64,000 nt of DNA, taken from assembly GCA_951406725.2 (NCBI GenBank), contig OX597821.1, positions 118,841,487 through 118,905,486 on the forward strand. Reading direction: 5' to 3'. Positions 13,163 to 34,179 of this stretch are shown one piece after another. A program made the position numbers and the translations under genes. The first letter of the stretch is position 1, and every line of letters starts with the position of its first letter. The notes beneath the pieces are model-generated. The model was not told the DNA's origin and searched no databases. It saw only the letters and a program-made list of their open reading frames with translations. The DNA is from Octopus vulgaris. Taxonomy: Eukaryota.

Positions 13163-13784
13163 ATCTCTCTCTGTCTCTCTCTCTTTCTCTCTCTTTCTCT
13201 ATACATATATATATACATATATGTATATATATATATATATATATTTATTGTTATATTTCGGAATGGTCATATTGCCAGTTTAGCCAATAAAAACACACGC
13301 ACTATATATTTGGTGTTATTTTGCTTCAGTGATATTTATTTTTTACATTAATCTTAATCATATTTCGGCCAAAGTTCTTTCGTCACACTCCTGTGACCGC
13401 ATCAGTGGTCCTTTGTTTTCTTCTCACTTACTTGTGTCTCTCCTTACTAACCGTCAGCCATTTTGTATTTCTATTGTATGTCTTCATCTGCGCATGCTTA
13501 TATCTCTATGTGCGTCTATGTTTATTTAGTGTGTGTGGGGGGGGGGATGCCTGTAATATTTGTATCTTCTGGTTATATACATTCTTGTAATTTGTATTTT
13601 GTTTTTGTTGTTGTTGCTTTTGTTCTAATTTTGTTCATGTGTTTACATCCACCCATTATTATCATTACATATGCTTGAATGTATGTATAACAACAATATT
13701 AGTAATAATAATAATAAATCTAATTGAAAAAAAAAAAAAGGGAAGGCCAACTCTTGGTATGATAGCCATAAATACCAGAGTGTC

Positions 13785-14318
13785 ATGTTCGTTGACACCA
13801 CCCCTGGAGGTGAACTGGCGTACCGCTTTAGAAGGACCCTAGATAAACTTAAACTAAGAATTAAGGTTGTTGAAAAGCCAGGCAACCCTATCAGATCTAT
13901 AATTGGTAGAAGCTATCCTTTTAGTAGAACTCTCTGTACGGATAACTATTGCACTGTATGTAGATTTAGCCCACAAACAAACTGTAAAGCCAGAAATGTA
14001 GTCTATAGTATAAGATGTATAGAGGGACGATGCAGTAACAAGACAGTAACACACGTAGGGGAAACAGCAAGAAGCATTGGTGAGCGGGTGAATGAACATT
14101 GGATACAACTCAAGGAAGGTAAAAGCTCATCGATTATGTACCAACACGCTGAACAAGAACACGGGGGATCAATCAATAACATAGAGATTAAGATATTGTC
14201 CACACATAGAACAGATGCAACAATTAGACAAATTACAGAAGCTACACATATAATAGAAAATAAGCCTAGCCTGAATAGAAAACTAGAATGGAGCAATGGC
14301 GCACACCACAACATATGA
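13785..14318 (+). pseudogene. Penelope-like ORF C-terminus: Cys-rich linker plus GIY-YIG endonuclease (truncated)
   Basis: CTVC...[12 protein letters not shown]...C...[16 protein letters not shown]...RQITEA...PSLNRKLEW. Confidence 0.85.
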
Positions 14319-14436
14319 CGATAGTGGATCCTGCAAACATAATAAATACACAGATAATTAAAGAAATAGAAATGAATAACTATATATATGTATATGTGTA
14401 TGTATATGTGTGTGTGTGTGTGTATATATGTGTATA

Positions 14437-14529
<93 letters not shown>

Positions 14530-14849
14530 TTTTTCAATTAGATTTATTATTATTATTACTAATATTGTTGTTATACATACATACAAGCATATGTAATGAT
14601 AATAATGGGTGGATGTAAACACATGAACAAAATTAGAACAAAAGCAACAACAACAAAAACAAAATACAAATTACAAGAATGTATATAACCAGAAGATACA
14701 AATATTACAGGCATCCCCCCCACACACACACTAAATAAACATAGACGCACATAGAGATATAAGCATGCGCAGATGAAGACATACAATAGAAATACAAAAT
14801 GGCTGACGGTTAGTAAGGAGAGACACAAGTAAGTGAGAAGAAAACAAAG

Positions 14850-14893
14850 GACCACTGATGCGGTCACAGGAGTGTGACGAAAGAACTTTGGCC
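14850..14893 (+). ncRNA. Hammerhead-like motif (A9C core variant) in a Penelope pseudo-LTR; inverted copy at 13367-13410
   Basis: gacca-CTGATGC-g-GTCAC aggagt GTGAC-GAA-AG aa CT-T-tggcc. Confidence 0.5.
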
Positions 14894-15096
14894 GAAATAT
14901 GATTAAGATTAATGTAAAAAATAAATATCACTGAAGCAAAATAACACCAAATATATAGTGCGTGTGTTTTTATTGGCTAAACTGGCAATATGACCATTCC
15001 GAAATATAACAATATCTGTTTCAACACACGACTTCACATAAAAAATCTTGCACAACAAATATTTAAACGTATATATATTTATATATATATATATAA

Positions 15097-15243
<147 letters not shown>

Positions 15244-15326
15244 GAGAGAAAGGGAGTCTGTATGCATATATACAAGTTGACAAGTTGTGGTGCACCTGAG
15301 TACTGCATACAATAATTTCATCATCA

Positions 15327-15411
<85 letters not shown>

Positions 15412-15589
15412 GTGTGTGTGTGTGTAAAATGTTAGAGAAAGAAACCCACCTGTTTCTTGCAATACATACCAATACATGCATCTAAAGGAAAATATGTTCA
15501 GGGCCCTTAAATAACTCTTGTGAATCTCTAATCTATTATTTACTTGCGTAGATCCCCTAAAAATCTCATACAGACTCCGGTTGAGAACC

Positions 15590-16320
15590 ACCGACCTGAC
15601 CCATCCGTATCTAATACCCTGGCTGCCGCTTCCCGATTGCTCAACTGGAATGATTCTATGAATTCATTTTTAAAAGTTTCGTATTTCTGTGAGTAGCTGA
15701 TGGTCTGCTTAGGATATGTCTGGCACCCACCTTCTTCTTGTGTCCTTATCCAGGGTTGCTGTTACATAAGAATACTTCATCAGGACTGAAGTGATGTTTC
15801 TGATGTTGAACTGCGCCGCGAATTGTGCGAACCACGATTGTGCAGCTCTCAGTGCGACGGTGTTCGCGCATGGCATGATGGCGTGTTTGTGTGTTTTCTT
15901 TTCACTTCGGTGGGTTGCTGGGGGTCAACACTTAGAGCTTTCGTTAAAACTCTGCGTAAAAATAACTACAAACGGCCACGAATTGTTATTGTGTGATATG
16001 CAATGTACAAAGGGAGAGGAAAGATCCTCCCGGTCTGGTTTATCGCCTAACTGGAAGTCGCTTCTCTGCGAACTAATTCAATGACTTATATTTTTATGAA
16101 TTTTAATTTTATTAGGACTTTTAAACACAAGAAAACAGGAAAGAAGAGTGTTAAGAATAAGAAAGAAAAGGAAAGAGTAGGGGATAGAGCAGTAGGCGTG
16201 GGGGCGATGGACCACAACCGAAAATAAATTCTCTCGGTCGGTCTCTCCAATAACAAGTCCGCAGTTATAGTGCTCGTCTTCCAGTTTGTCCTTTGCTATT
16301 TCACGGCCACTGTCCTACGT
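15590..16320 (-). mobile_element. Gypsy-like LTR, PBS and gag N-terminus remnant (partial copies 30140-30577, 53765-54250)
   Basis: Minus strand SWFAQFAAQFNIRNITS...KYSYV..LDKDT...YETFKNEFIESFQLSNREAAARVLD, preceded by TGTTGACCCC, which resembles the TGGTGACCCC primer-binding site. Confidence 0.65.
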
Positions 16321-19300
16321 AATGCAGATTTAAGTCACCCCGTATAACCCTCTTGTAACTTTTTCTTCTTTTTTTTTTAGAATTTTCCGAAAATTTTTGC
16401 GAATGCTTGTTCTGCACACGAGATACCGTACGATTATGGTGATGGGGAGCGTGTATGTAATTTGAGGGCGAGCTAGGTGGGTTTTTAGCACATCTCACGA
16501 CCATCTGATAACTTACTCATGTCTTTGTCATTCTTGCATGTCTGGATGTTTTTCAATATTTTTTTCCTCATAAACACATTTACTACAATGATGATGCACC
16601 CAATTTCGGCCTGCATGTACTTTAAACACTGATTTTTAAAAAAATATTCCAAAAAGTATAACTTTTAGGATTTATGGGTGAGGGATAAAATATGTTTTTT
16701 TGTATAATCGTATGAATTCTCGTGTGTAGACCACAAATTCACAAAAACTTTTCTAAAACTTCCCTAAAATATTAAAAGACATAAGAGGTTGTATGGGGTG
16801 CTTAAACAAGAATTGCGCTCAATTATTGCATTATTTCTATCAGTTAGACTGCAGTCATTCATTAAGTATCAACAGAATAGATTTGAAAAGGTAGGAGATA
16901 ATTCTATGAAGCGGCCTTCAGATGAAGTTCAAGTGCCAAGCAATCTACCCTTCTCGCTTCACTCCTATTCTCCTGCTGCAGCTGCTGCTGCTGTAGCTGT
17001 TGCTGCAGTTGCTGCTGAGCGAACGGTCTTCGTCCCAGAGCTCGCAGTGGGAGAAGTCCGAAACGTGGTCCTTTGCTATTCGTAAGACCCGCAGAAGAGA
17101 AAGCAGGTCAACCCCCGACACCGAGAGCATCGACGGATGGATGAATGCGCTTCCAGGCTCAGCGGTTGCGTAGGAAGTCGGGGACAAGAAACAGGAAGAC
17201 AGAGTGAGAGAAAGTTGGGGCGAAAGAGTACAACAGGGGTCGCCACCACCCGCGGCCGGAGTCTCGTGGAACTTTAGGTGTTTTCGCTCAATAAACACAC
17301 ACAACGCCCGGTCTGGGAATCGAAACCGCTGCTACTGCTGCTGTTGTCGGTGGTGTCATGGCAATTAATTCTGAGCATGGTGCCGGTTGTTCTACCGGTG
17401 CTGTTGAGGTCACCATCTCGGGCCGTAGTGCTGGTGTTGGTGCTGCAGTCGTAGATGTCGGTGTTGGGGTTTCTGCCACTTAATGCTTTGCTCCCGATGT
17501 CGCGCTCGCCCTTGCTATTTCTGTCGCTGATGTTGTTGTATAAGCTTTTGCAGCTATTACCTAGGGTGTTAGGGCCGGGTACCACCACAGCCTCATACAC
17601 GACACTGTCAGCCTCATGTTGCCCTCCCCACCCACTCGGCAGCCATTGTGGTCCAAGCATGAGCAACCAACCTCTACCCACGTTTCAGGGTCGTTTGCCA
17701 ATATACTTATCATGTGCCTAAGGGCACACCGTTTGTTCAAAAGGCACAACTTAAGGGCAGATATTGGGGGAAGTGAAATCTGCATAGACCCTTAATAATT
17801 GTTGGTTACAGTTGCTACTCTTCCCCTCCAACAGGCGGGGTCTCCTTCTCTTCTTAGCATATATCTGAACCCCCTCGACCCATTCTTGACCCACACATTT
17901 CTCTGGGTACATCCTATAGTATTCCTTATTTACTGTCTTCTTGCACACCAACGTTCGATATTTACAATATATTTTTCTGTCTGTATATTATTACGACCTA
18001 ACGAGGTGCCTCAATTTCAGACCTGATTCAACTGAATATTTCTTATATCTTGTGTGTTTACGTGAGTGTGTGTGTGTGTGAGTGTGTGTGAGTGTGAGTG
18101 TGTAGGTGTATGTGAATGTATATATGTATGTACGTATATAGAGGCCGACGCAAATGCCGTGGACGTAAGGGATAATTTATTAAACGTATCGCTACACACG
18201 GAGATTTTATCTGTTAATTATTTAATTGTTATATGTGCTGTTCAAATTGCTTCCATTTCGTTTCATAGCACATTTCCATTCTGTACGTGCAGCATTCATA
18301 AACAAGGCGGAGGGGTTCCTTTCTTTTTTTACCGCATTCATTTTCAATTCCTTCTTTAAGTTTCTCCATATTTCTACGAAACTTCTGATAAACAACTGAT
18401 TTCAAATGGCCCCACAGAAAAAACCCAAGGGCGTGAGGTCTGGTTACTCTTGTGGTCACTCACAGGATCTCTCCCACCTTTCCATTTGTTAGGGTATAGC
18501 TTTGTTAAGCTATGCACACTCAAACTACTAGAGACGAGAATGCATTTACCAAAAGGTTTATTACTTGACGTACATCAAGGCTTAAGTCGCCAGTTATTTC
18601 TGTTCAGTTAATTTAGGTTCGTTTAACGCCCACTGCTGACATTTCTTTTGTTCTTCTTCTCACAGCGGAAGTCCCTTTTTGCTGTTGACCAACTGCCTAG
18701 GTAGCCCGCAGCGAAGTTCCTGTCTACAGTCCACCTGTCATGAATCCTGCCCTACAAGGAAAATGTTCATTTTGGAAGTCAAGAACCAACAAACCAAACT
18801 GTGATGGCGCTCCATCCTGTTCAAAGAACATGATCGTTTTTTATTTTTGCTTCTTCGTCGATTTTTGGGAGTATGTTTCTAAGAATTTCTCAAACAACTG
18901 CTGTTGATATCGGATCATCTGCACATTTCGGTCTGATAATTCGACAGTGGACAGTGACACCACCAGCTCCTTTAATTAAACGTCCAACAGTTGACCCATC
19001 AATTGGAAGTCGGTGTGCCTTCTGCCTATTGAATTCCTCACCAATAGATCTGGATTAGTTCCTCCTTTGCCAGACATGAACACAAAGGTAACTCGTTTAT
19101 CCTTCGTTATCTTTCTCACACATCTTATTTCGTCGAAGTTCTTTCAGCAACCAAGAAAATATCAGAGCAAATTAAACATTTCAAACATTATGAATTAAAT
19201 ATTGTATATGAGTGTTTATCAGTCTGTCTGTCTGTCCATCTCTTTAGCTCTCAGTCAAGCTGTCTATCTCTACCTCTTTCTCTCTCTGTCTCTCTCTCTC

Positions 19301-20059
19301 TCTCTCGGTCGGTCTCTCCATATAACAATCGATCTGTCTTATTGTCTATTTGTATGTTTCATTATCTCTCGTGAACCCTAACCCCTAAACACTGCACCCA
19401 GAATACCCAACGATACTATAGCCCTCCTCTCACAATCTACTCCTCTTCCCTTCTGTCCCTTCTTTAAACCTTTTCATGGCCGGCTTCATTTCGTCAAATG
19501 TACCTTGTACACCCACTCCTTCCACCTCCAATCCCTCTATCTGCGCTTCTTAACCTCATTTTTCTCTCTTTCCCACGATATTCTTCCTGTTTGTCCTCCT
19601 ATGCATCGAGTCTCTGCCATGACAAAATTCTGAGATCAAATCTCTCAAGTAAATGATCTCAACGACAGGATGGGCGTCTGAAATATTTTGCAATAATTTA
19701 AACAATTTTAAATCGTGTTTTGTTGCACTTCCCTTAAGATTAACAACAAAAGAAATCTGATTGGGGATAAGATTACTGAGCAAATATTTGTATCTATCAG
19801 TTTACAATGATCATCATCATCATCATCGTTGGCGTGATTGTTGGATAAGAAGTTCGCTTCCTAATCACATGGTTACGGTTTCAGTCCTACAATGTGGCAC
19901 ATTGGGAAAGAATGTTCTACTAGACATTTTAGGCGACCAAAGCCTTGAGACTTGATTTGATGGACGGAAACTAAAAGAAGCCTGTCGTTGCATATTTTAA
20001 TATGTATTTATGTGAGTTCACTGCCACATGACAATCGATGTTGCTCCGTAAAAAAAAAT

Positions 20060-22780
20060 TTTGAGAAATCTAACAGCTGTTTCTGGGATATCTGAAAATA
20101 TGGGGTATCCCATCATCGGAGACAATTAGGGAAAATGTGTAGGGTAGAGATTAAGGAAACGATGAAATAAAGGCCTGGAGAAATATAAAGAAATGAAGAA
20201 TGAAGAAATATAAATGTTTAACTTTCCGATAGTGTAGATGTTTGTCCATAAGTCTTTTGGTAAATTAAGTCTTTTAGTACAATCCTATGTAAATCCAGCT
20301 AGTATTAGAGTCTTCATTGTGTGTAAATATCCAGAGAGAAAGGCGACCATATCCAGGTATGTTTAGAGTCCTCATAGTATAAGTATCCAGAGAGAGACCT
20401 GACCAAATCGATTGTTCGTAAGAGAATGATAGCAGAAGTGGCCATAGAGGGATAATGAGAAAGAAAAATAAATAGAAAGAGGGGGAGGTATTGGTAGGGA
20501 AGCTGGAGGTAGAGAGAGGAGGAACAGGAATGCAATTGACAGGGCATTGGCAAGGATTGATAGGAAGAATACGATAAGGAATATAAAAATATAATGTAGA
20601 AAAATAAACATGAAGATAGGTAAAGAAATATACAAGGAGAGAGGAGGAAGGTAAAGGGGGATAAAGTAAAAAATACAAAATAAATTAAAATTAAATAAAC
20701 AAGAAGATAAATATATATAAATAAATTAGGAGGGAGAGGGAAGGTAAAGGAGGATAAGGTAAGAAATGCAAAATAAAGTAAAATAAAATGAAAGGGATTC
20801 AAAGAGAAGACCATATAGAGAAGATAGTAGATGCCAGTACTGTCCCTCAAATTTTTAGGGGTTGGGGCAAGAGGTCAAGTAGTGTCCGTTCGTTTTATGG
20901 CTGTAGAAATATTTTATTGGTTGTAGAAATATTTCTCGGCTATGGAGGTATGATTGTGTAGGGAGTTGTGTATGGAGAAACCAGGTGAATGTTAAATGAT
21001 TTAGGAATAAGGGTTACAACTAAGGATTAGGGGATCTATTAGGTAATTAAAAATTAGCAGTTATCATGTTATGTGAGGCGGGGTAAGTTTAAACTTGGAT
21101 TTATGGAAGAATTTAAAAGTGTGGAAGAATTTGTGTTCACACTTTGCGAAGGCTTCATTGTGTTTGTTGAGTAATTGTGGTGAGTTATGGGTTAAACTTT
21201 TAACGGCTTCCTTTAGGCAGAGTCTACAAGTGGATTGCTGGCCCTGATATGGGATGACAAGATCTATTATAGCCCAGATTACCTATATTGTATTTTTCTA
21301 TTAATTAGATGGTAAAACAGAGTAGTTTCCCTACCAAAACAATTGCAGGAAAATTCTTTCCAGTTCAAAATATCAGATAAACCTAAATTAAAAATCTAAA
21401 ATTTTAAATTTAAAACAAATTAAAAGCTTATTTTAAAAATAATAATACGATAATTAAAATAAAACTCCTTGTATTACATTACAAATTAAACCAATCTAAG
21501 AATATATATATATATATATGTAAACATGTATGTATAAAATTTAAAAAAAGCTTTATGAAAATGTAAGCTATAAATTATTCAAATCATAGGAGTAAGAAAT
21601 AAATTAAGAACATTTTATCTAATGAATACTTATATTGATTTATTAAGCTAGAATAAATATATCTAAATCTAAAAAATAACACTGGAAGGAGTTTACCTTT
21701 GAAAAACCTAACCTAAAATAATGGCAACGTAGAAATAAAAAAACAAATGAGAGAAGAACTTACTTAAATAGTAAATAGAAAGGATGAAACTAGGATTATG
21801 AAACTCTCAATAATCGGTTTATCAAATTAAACAAAGTGAAGCATCCTTCAAATACCTACTTATAGAAAATTTTAAAACATGCATTTATTCCTATGAACAC
21901 AAAAACTACTCTTTCCGATTTTGAATTTAACAGCTTTCTTCTAGAAAATAAAAATCAAAAATAATTCTTCAAAACAAAACGAACAGAACCGATTGGCAGT
22001 CTTATAGGCCGGAGCCGTCCCTAAAATGTTCCATTCAATAAAGAACAAATTATTATGATCTTTAAGATTCTAGATGAAATTACTAAGATTAATAGAAGAA
22101 GCCTTATTTTGATCCTAAAAGAAAGGTAATGGTTTGAAACCATTTTTCTTAATATCATTAGCAGAATAACCAATATAAATGTAAAGATTACCCCCAGAAA
22201 TGACTTCAGCTTCATAAACTGCTTCTTTACGTTTACAAAAACTTATAATTAAACATTTTTCTTTGTTCCCACAATCACGAAGAGAATTTCCACCCCTACT
22301 CAAGCCTTCGACAATTGAATTACTATTAAGCAAATAGTTACCCTCCTCATTATTACTAAAACTCAGATTTGACTCAAAACCATCACTACCACCCTGGCTA
22401 ATTGAAAAATCAATAACATTAGCATCCATCGAATCGAACTCGTTATTATATCAATTGAGCTAACACGATGATAAATAAAAACAGATAATTTTTTCTCATT
22501 CATAGAAGAAACAATTTGAGTTAAACTCCGAGAAACCGAAAAAGCAACCTTAAGGGTTTTCGGGTTTAAAATTTCATAGTATCTACTTTTTTATTAAAAT
22601 CTTTCAAAAACAATTTATAAACAGCCCCAAATAAGTTATTTTTTAAATTGTCCAGCAAAGGGAATAATACACCATATAATGTTATTCTTGTCCAAAACTA
22701 AATTAGAATGACCTAAATTATTAACCTTATAGACTAACTTAGAATTGTTACCTTTTAGCATGTGATTGCATTTATATTTA
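20060..22780 (-). mobile_element. Decayed Penelope-like element (linker, GIY-YIG remnant, long 3' region with hammerhead)
   Basis: Remnants NIIWCIIPF...ILNPKTLKVAFS (22480-22700) and KCL...AVYEAEV...YIYIGYSANDIKK..NHYLSF (frameshifted, 22021-22429). Confidence 0.75.
20068..20123 (-). ncRNA. Hammerhead variant, copy of 1128-1183
   Basis: Same motif on the minus strand at the 3' end of the Penelope-like remnant 20060-22780. Confidence 0.6.
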
Positions 22781-23054
22781 TGAACATTAGTAACTGGGGT
22801 AAACTGCTATAGCTATATGCATAGGTATACGTATAAACACTCCAATCTATCTATTTTTGATATCTATATATGTGTGTGTGTAAACGTTGAACAATAAGAA
22901 TGTTGTGTCTATCATTCCTTGAACGTGTTGGTTGTCATTCCAATATATGTCTTCGTTACTCATTTGGAGTTCATGATCTCGACGTTGTATACAAGTTCTT
23001 TTCAAGATATCTAGTATTTAGCGGAGTGCGGTTCAGCGATCTATCGTTACTTAT

Positions 23055-23278
23055 TTATTTATTGCTCACAAGGGGCTAAACACAGAGTGGACAAACAAGG
23101 GCAGAGGGATTAAGTCGATTACATCGAGTGCAGTGCGTAACTGGTACTTAATTTATCGAATCCGAAAGGACGAAAGGCAAAGTCGACCTCGGCGGAATTT
23201 GAACTCAAAACGTAAAGACAGACGAAATAACGCTAAGCATTTCGCTCGGCGTGCTAACGTTTCAGCCAGCTCTCCCCC
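23055..23278 (-). mobile_element. SINE of a second family
   Basis: Minus strand GAGTTCAAATTCCGCCGAGGTCGACTTTGCCTTTC (B box followed by a conserved SINE core). Confidence 0.75.
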
Positions 23279-23523
23279 TTACCTACAGTTACTGTCTTTT
23301 TCAAGGATATATAAACATGTATATATACGGGTATACACGCGTACACATGCACAAGCACATACAACCCCCCATATATAGATATATATACATACATATATAT
23401 ATACATATATTTATATATATAAATATATATATACATACATAAATATATGTATATATATACATATATATATATATATACATACATACATACATACATACAT
23501 ACATACATACATACATACATACA

Positions 23524-23572
<49 letters not shown>

Positions 23573-23714
23573 GTATATTGAAATGGATAAATGAATTATC
23601 TTGTTAAGGATTATTCAAAATTGAGAGACAGTTTTGTGCCATTTCATGGGCTCCTAAGGAGCGTTTTGTTCGAATACCTTGCTGCGCATTTGTTTTGGAG
23701 ATTTAAATTCCTGG

Positions 23715-23798
23715 ATTTTCCTGAAGAGAAAGCTGCAAAATGGTCTCCTTATTCAATCCGAATTTGGAAATTTGCGGCCTTTGAAACGTGTAGAAAAT
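23715..23798 (+). ncRNA. Type I hammerhead ribozyme, intact core, very short stem III
   Basis: Stem I ATTTTC/GAAAAT; CTGAAGA; stem II GAAAGCTGCAAA/TTTGCGGCCTTT; GAA-AC gt GT-A; GUA cleavage after 23792. Confidence 0.78.
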
Positions 23799-23852
23799 AA
23801 TAAAAGGAATTCTGTAGAATCTTCGTTCAGCTCCATTTCTTCCCTTCACTAA

Positions 23853-23965
<113 letters not shown>

Positions 23966-24084
23966 TACATACATATATATATATATATATAAAATATTAT
24001 TAGAGACAAAACCACTATTTTGTAAAACAAACAAGGAAAGACTTAATCAATACATAAAATTTTAATAAATAGTCAAAAAAACCG

Positions 24085-24127
24085 CCACTACAATCGTTTC
24101 TTGTCTTGATCGACAATCTTCAGGTGG
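24085..24127 (-). ncRNA. Minimal type I hammerhead ribozyme, intact core
   Basis: Minus strand CCAC-CTGAAGA-TTGTC gatcaa GACAA-GAA-AC gatt GT-A-GTGG; GUA site. Confidence 0.82.
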
Positions 24128-24156
24128 ACTTCAATAAGTCAGTTTCAAATTATAAA

Positions 24157-24198
<42 letters not shown>

Positions 24199-24324
24199 TT
24201 GTTGAGAGGGGATCCCTTTCTTTCCTGATGAGAAGATTGCATCTTACACCGTTTAATCATTTGGAATAAAAGCATGTTGTCTTCGAAACATATGTGGAAA
24301 ATAAAGGAATTTTCTTAACATCTT

Positions 24325-31017
<6,693 letters not shown>

Positions 31018-31355
31018 ATCATTATCTACTTTTCTATAGTTCATTCACGCTCCTTTTCCACTCATCTCGCCATGCTGGAGACCGTTGTACTCTGAATATT
31101 TCTTTCCTTCACCATTTTTGTTACCTCTTAATCCTTTGTGTCGAGGTGCGTAGGCTGGAATGTAAAATACTTTCCTATTTTACCCAAGCGTTAAACAAAT
31201 ACATCTGCTTGTTTTTCCTACGCCTGTCTTCGTCTGTTGATCTCAGTAAGATTCTCTCTCTATATATATATATTTATATACATATATATATATATATATA
31301 TATGCATGTATGTATGTATATGTGTATGTAAATGTATATATATATATATATATGT

Positions 31356-31392
<37 letters not shown>

Positions 31393-31464
31393 TATATCTA
31401 TCTCTTTGTCTATATTTTGTTAAACGTTGCAAATTTTACATTTCTGTAAATAATAATACTAATT

Positions 31465-31524
<60 letters not shown>

Positions 31525-31850
31525 TTTTACAAGCTTAAATCCGTGCATTTACTCAGAATCACTCGACGGAAAATGAGTCGGGTTTACTGTACGCAAGTGA
31601 CACGAACCTATACGAGGACCGAATATGAGGTGTGAATAGGATATGTAAATATTGGTTAAAAATTGCTCATCAGACGATCAGTACTATGTCACGAATACAC
31701 AGATGTGTGGGTTCCATACCTAAGGCAAAACCTACATTTTTCCGTCGAGGGCTCATATGTCTCAATATTAGACTTTAGTGAATTAACGGTGAGTGCTTAT
31801 AAACTTTAAGCTTAAAATATGGATATTTACGATATTTACATATACATACA

Positions 31851-31886
<36 letters not shown>

Positions 31887-31899
31887 TATGGAAGGAAGT

Positions 31900-32390
31900 A
31901 TGAAAGAAGGCATATAGGCGTAGAATATCATCCAGAATTCATCCAACCTACAATTAAGCACGGTGGTGGTAGTGAGATGATATGGGTTTCTAATGTCTGA
32001 AAACGGCGTCGGTCTTATAATCCGAATCAAGGGCATTATGGGATACTAAGTCCTATCTAGAAATAGGGGATAAGTCTGTGCTTTCATACGCCCGAAATGC
32101 ATTCGGGCCGATCTTGAACTTCCCAGCATGACGACGACCCGAAACACAACGCGCACCTAGTCAGAGATTACATCAAATCGAAGGGAGTTTGGTTGATGCA
32201 GTGGCCGGCGCAGTGGCCCGACCTAAATCCCATCGAAAATCTTTGGGATATGTGGGTAGAAAATAAGGATGATTTTTTTTATTTTACATTATTAGCGAAA
32301 ATTGGGGAAAAATCTCAGGAACAATGAAAATATGATCTGCACAATTCTATGTTTCACAGATGCAAAGTTGCATTAAGTAATTTTTTGTGA
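31900..32390 (+). mobile_element. Tc1 transposase remnant
   Basis: PTIKHGGGSEMIW...QHDDDPKH...MQWPAQWPDLNPIENLWD. Confidence 0.85.
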
Positions 32391-33431
32391 GCTTATTGTT
32401 TATTCTTTTTTCTTTTGTTGATCTCAGAACATTCTTTTAAAAGCAATAAAATACAATTTTACAAACCGTTCCTCAATAAAAGGGCTCTATAAATTACGAT
32501 AATTAACATTTATTTTTAATATAAAATTAAGATATTTATGTTTCTTACAACATGATGTTGTTAGCCGAACCCTTATTTTCGTTTCTGTGAGAAATATTCG
32601 ACACACTCCAGCATACAGTCATGAATCCTATTGGATATAACATGACGGTCACAACACCTTAACCTTCTTACACACAGCATCTGTGCTTGCCCTGACTATA
32701 TTTGCTCTCTTTACTTTCACTTTTATGGGTGTTGTATTCGTTTTCAGCTTCTAGGATTCATCCTTTCTTCGAGTCTGGTATGTTTACGTAGCGGAGTGAA
32801 AGAAATCGTCGTATTTGATGTTCTCTGCTGAGTGTTCTGTGTATAGAGTTTCATTTTGTGTCTTATTATGTGGAGAGGTGTGTAGCTTGTGATAAATATA
32901 TTTTCCTCATTAATCACGGTTTGTGTAGATGTAACTGGTTGCTGTTGAAGCGATCGTGTATTTTCTGTGCTAAGTAACGTTAGGGTTCATGTCCCTTGTC
33001 AGAATCCAAGTTGTGATTTGAAAACCACGATGTCTGAGATAGTAGCGTCGAGTTTTTGATTTTCTAAGGCTGTGCATGAAAAGCTGATATAATTCTATGG
33101 TGGTACTTTATTTGGGGATTTGTTGAATCATGAGACAGAAGACGAAAGAACGAAATAACATTTTATTTCAACGATAAATTTGGTAAACTGAAATCTTACA
33201 AAATGTTTTCTAGAATTATTCCAATAGGATTACATTGTTTTATGAAGATATTTTTCACGTCGTATGTCGCCCCTTTTGTATAGTTTTCATTTTTTTCTGA
33301 AAACGGGTACACCTGTTTATTTTAACCAAATACGTAATTTAAAGAAAATCTTAGGTAACAAAATTGAAAATGTATATTATTTATTGTATTTCACAGACGT
33401 ATTTTCATACAAAAATGAATGTAAATTCGAT

Positions 33432-33931
33432 TCAGTATTTACTGCACACAACGCAGGTTAATTCTAGATTCTGGACATACGGTGGACATGGTAATGAACC
33501 ACAAGCAGCCTGAACAAAATATAATAAAACTCCATTTTCGTCTCTGTAACCTGCTGGATCAGCTTCTGGTGCATAATCCACACACACATATTCATGTCTG
33601 CCCTTATGACTATGACGCTCGGTCATCAAATATCCTGAATACTCAGCTGTCCAACCAGCGTAACACTTTGTCCTGGCTGGTAACATCATAACAACAGCAG
33701 GTTGTCGTGTCAAACAGACAGCGCACGGAACGTTGTGATTATGAATTGATTTAGCGTTAGCAAAAGAAAAGAGTTTATTAGTCGGGTATAAACCTAGTTC
33801 ATATTCACTGCCATGAATGTAACCACTTTTTTCATCTCCTGTCGTATAATTGGCCCAAATGGGATCGTCGGGTAGACATAAGAGATTACTTCCGCCACCT
33901 GGGTGGTCATACTTTTGTCCACCAAGCACAC
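33432..33931 (-). CDS. Terminal exon of a short-chain collagen C4-like (Cys-rich C-terminal domain) protein
   Basis: ORF GGQKYDHPGGGSNLLCLPDDP...HNVPCAVC...PARTKCYAGWTAEYSGYLM...EYVCVD...LYFVQAACGSLPCPPY...ELTCVVCSKY* follows the motif pattern of the invertebrate short-chain collagen C4 family. AATAAA lies downstream on the minus strand at 33380-33385. Confidence 0.88.
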
Positions 33932-34137
33932 TTAGAATTGGTAAGAATAAATCAAGTAAAAAACATATTAAGCGAAATTATATATGAAAAAACTGAAACA
34001 TTCATTACAATTTTTCATTTAAAAGAAGTCATGTTTACTCGCGTGTGAACGAATTGTGGTGTATATATGTTAGCGTTTATGTGAGTGTACGCTGTGTTGC
34101 TGTATGCGTCTGATCGTAGCTATGAATTTGCTTTCTC

Positions 34138-34176
<39 letters not shown>

Positions 34177-34179
<3 letters not shown>

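Larger units (their letters stand above)
13247..15070 (+). mobile_element. 5'-truncated Penelope-like retroelement with inverted pseudo-LTR
   Basis: Near-identical inverted arms at 13247-13739 and 14521-15013 flank a GIY-YIG ORF. The whole unit is inserted in (TA)n. Confidence 0.85.

Noticed and set aside
15670-15785. CTGATGA...AATAC-GAAAC on the minus strand
   Set aside because: Lies within the gag remnant, has no stem I or III, and is not conserved in the copy at ~53850.
31585-31676. CTGATGA-GCAA...TTGC on the minus strand
   Set aside because: GAAA is replaced by GTAC and stems I and III do not form.
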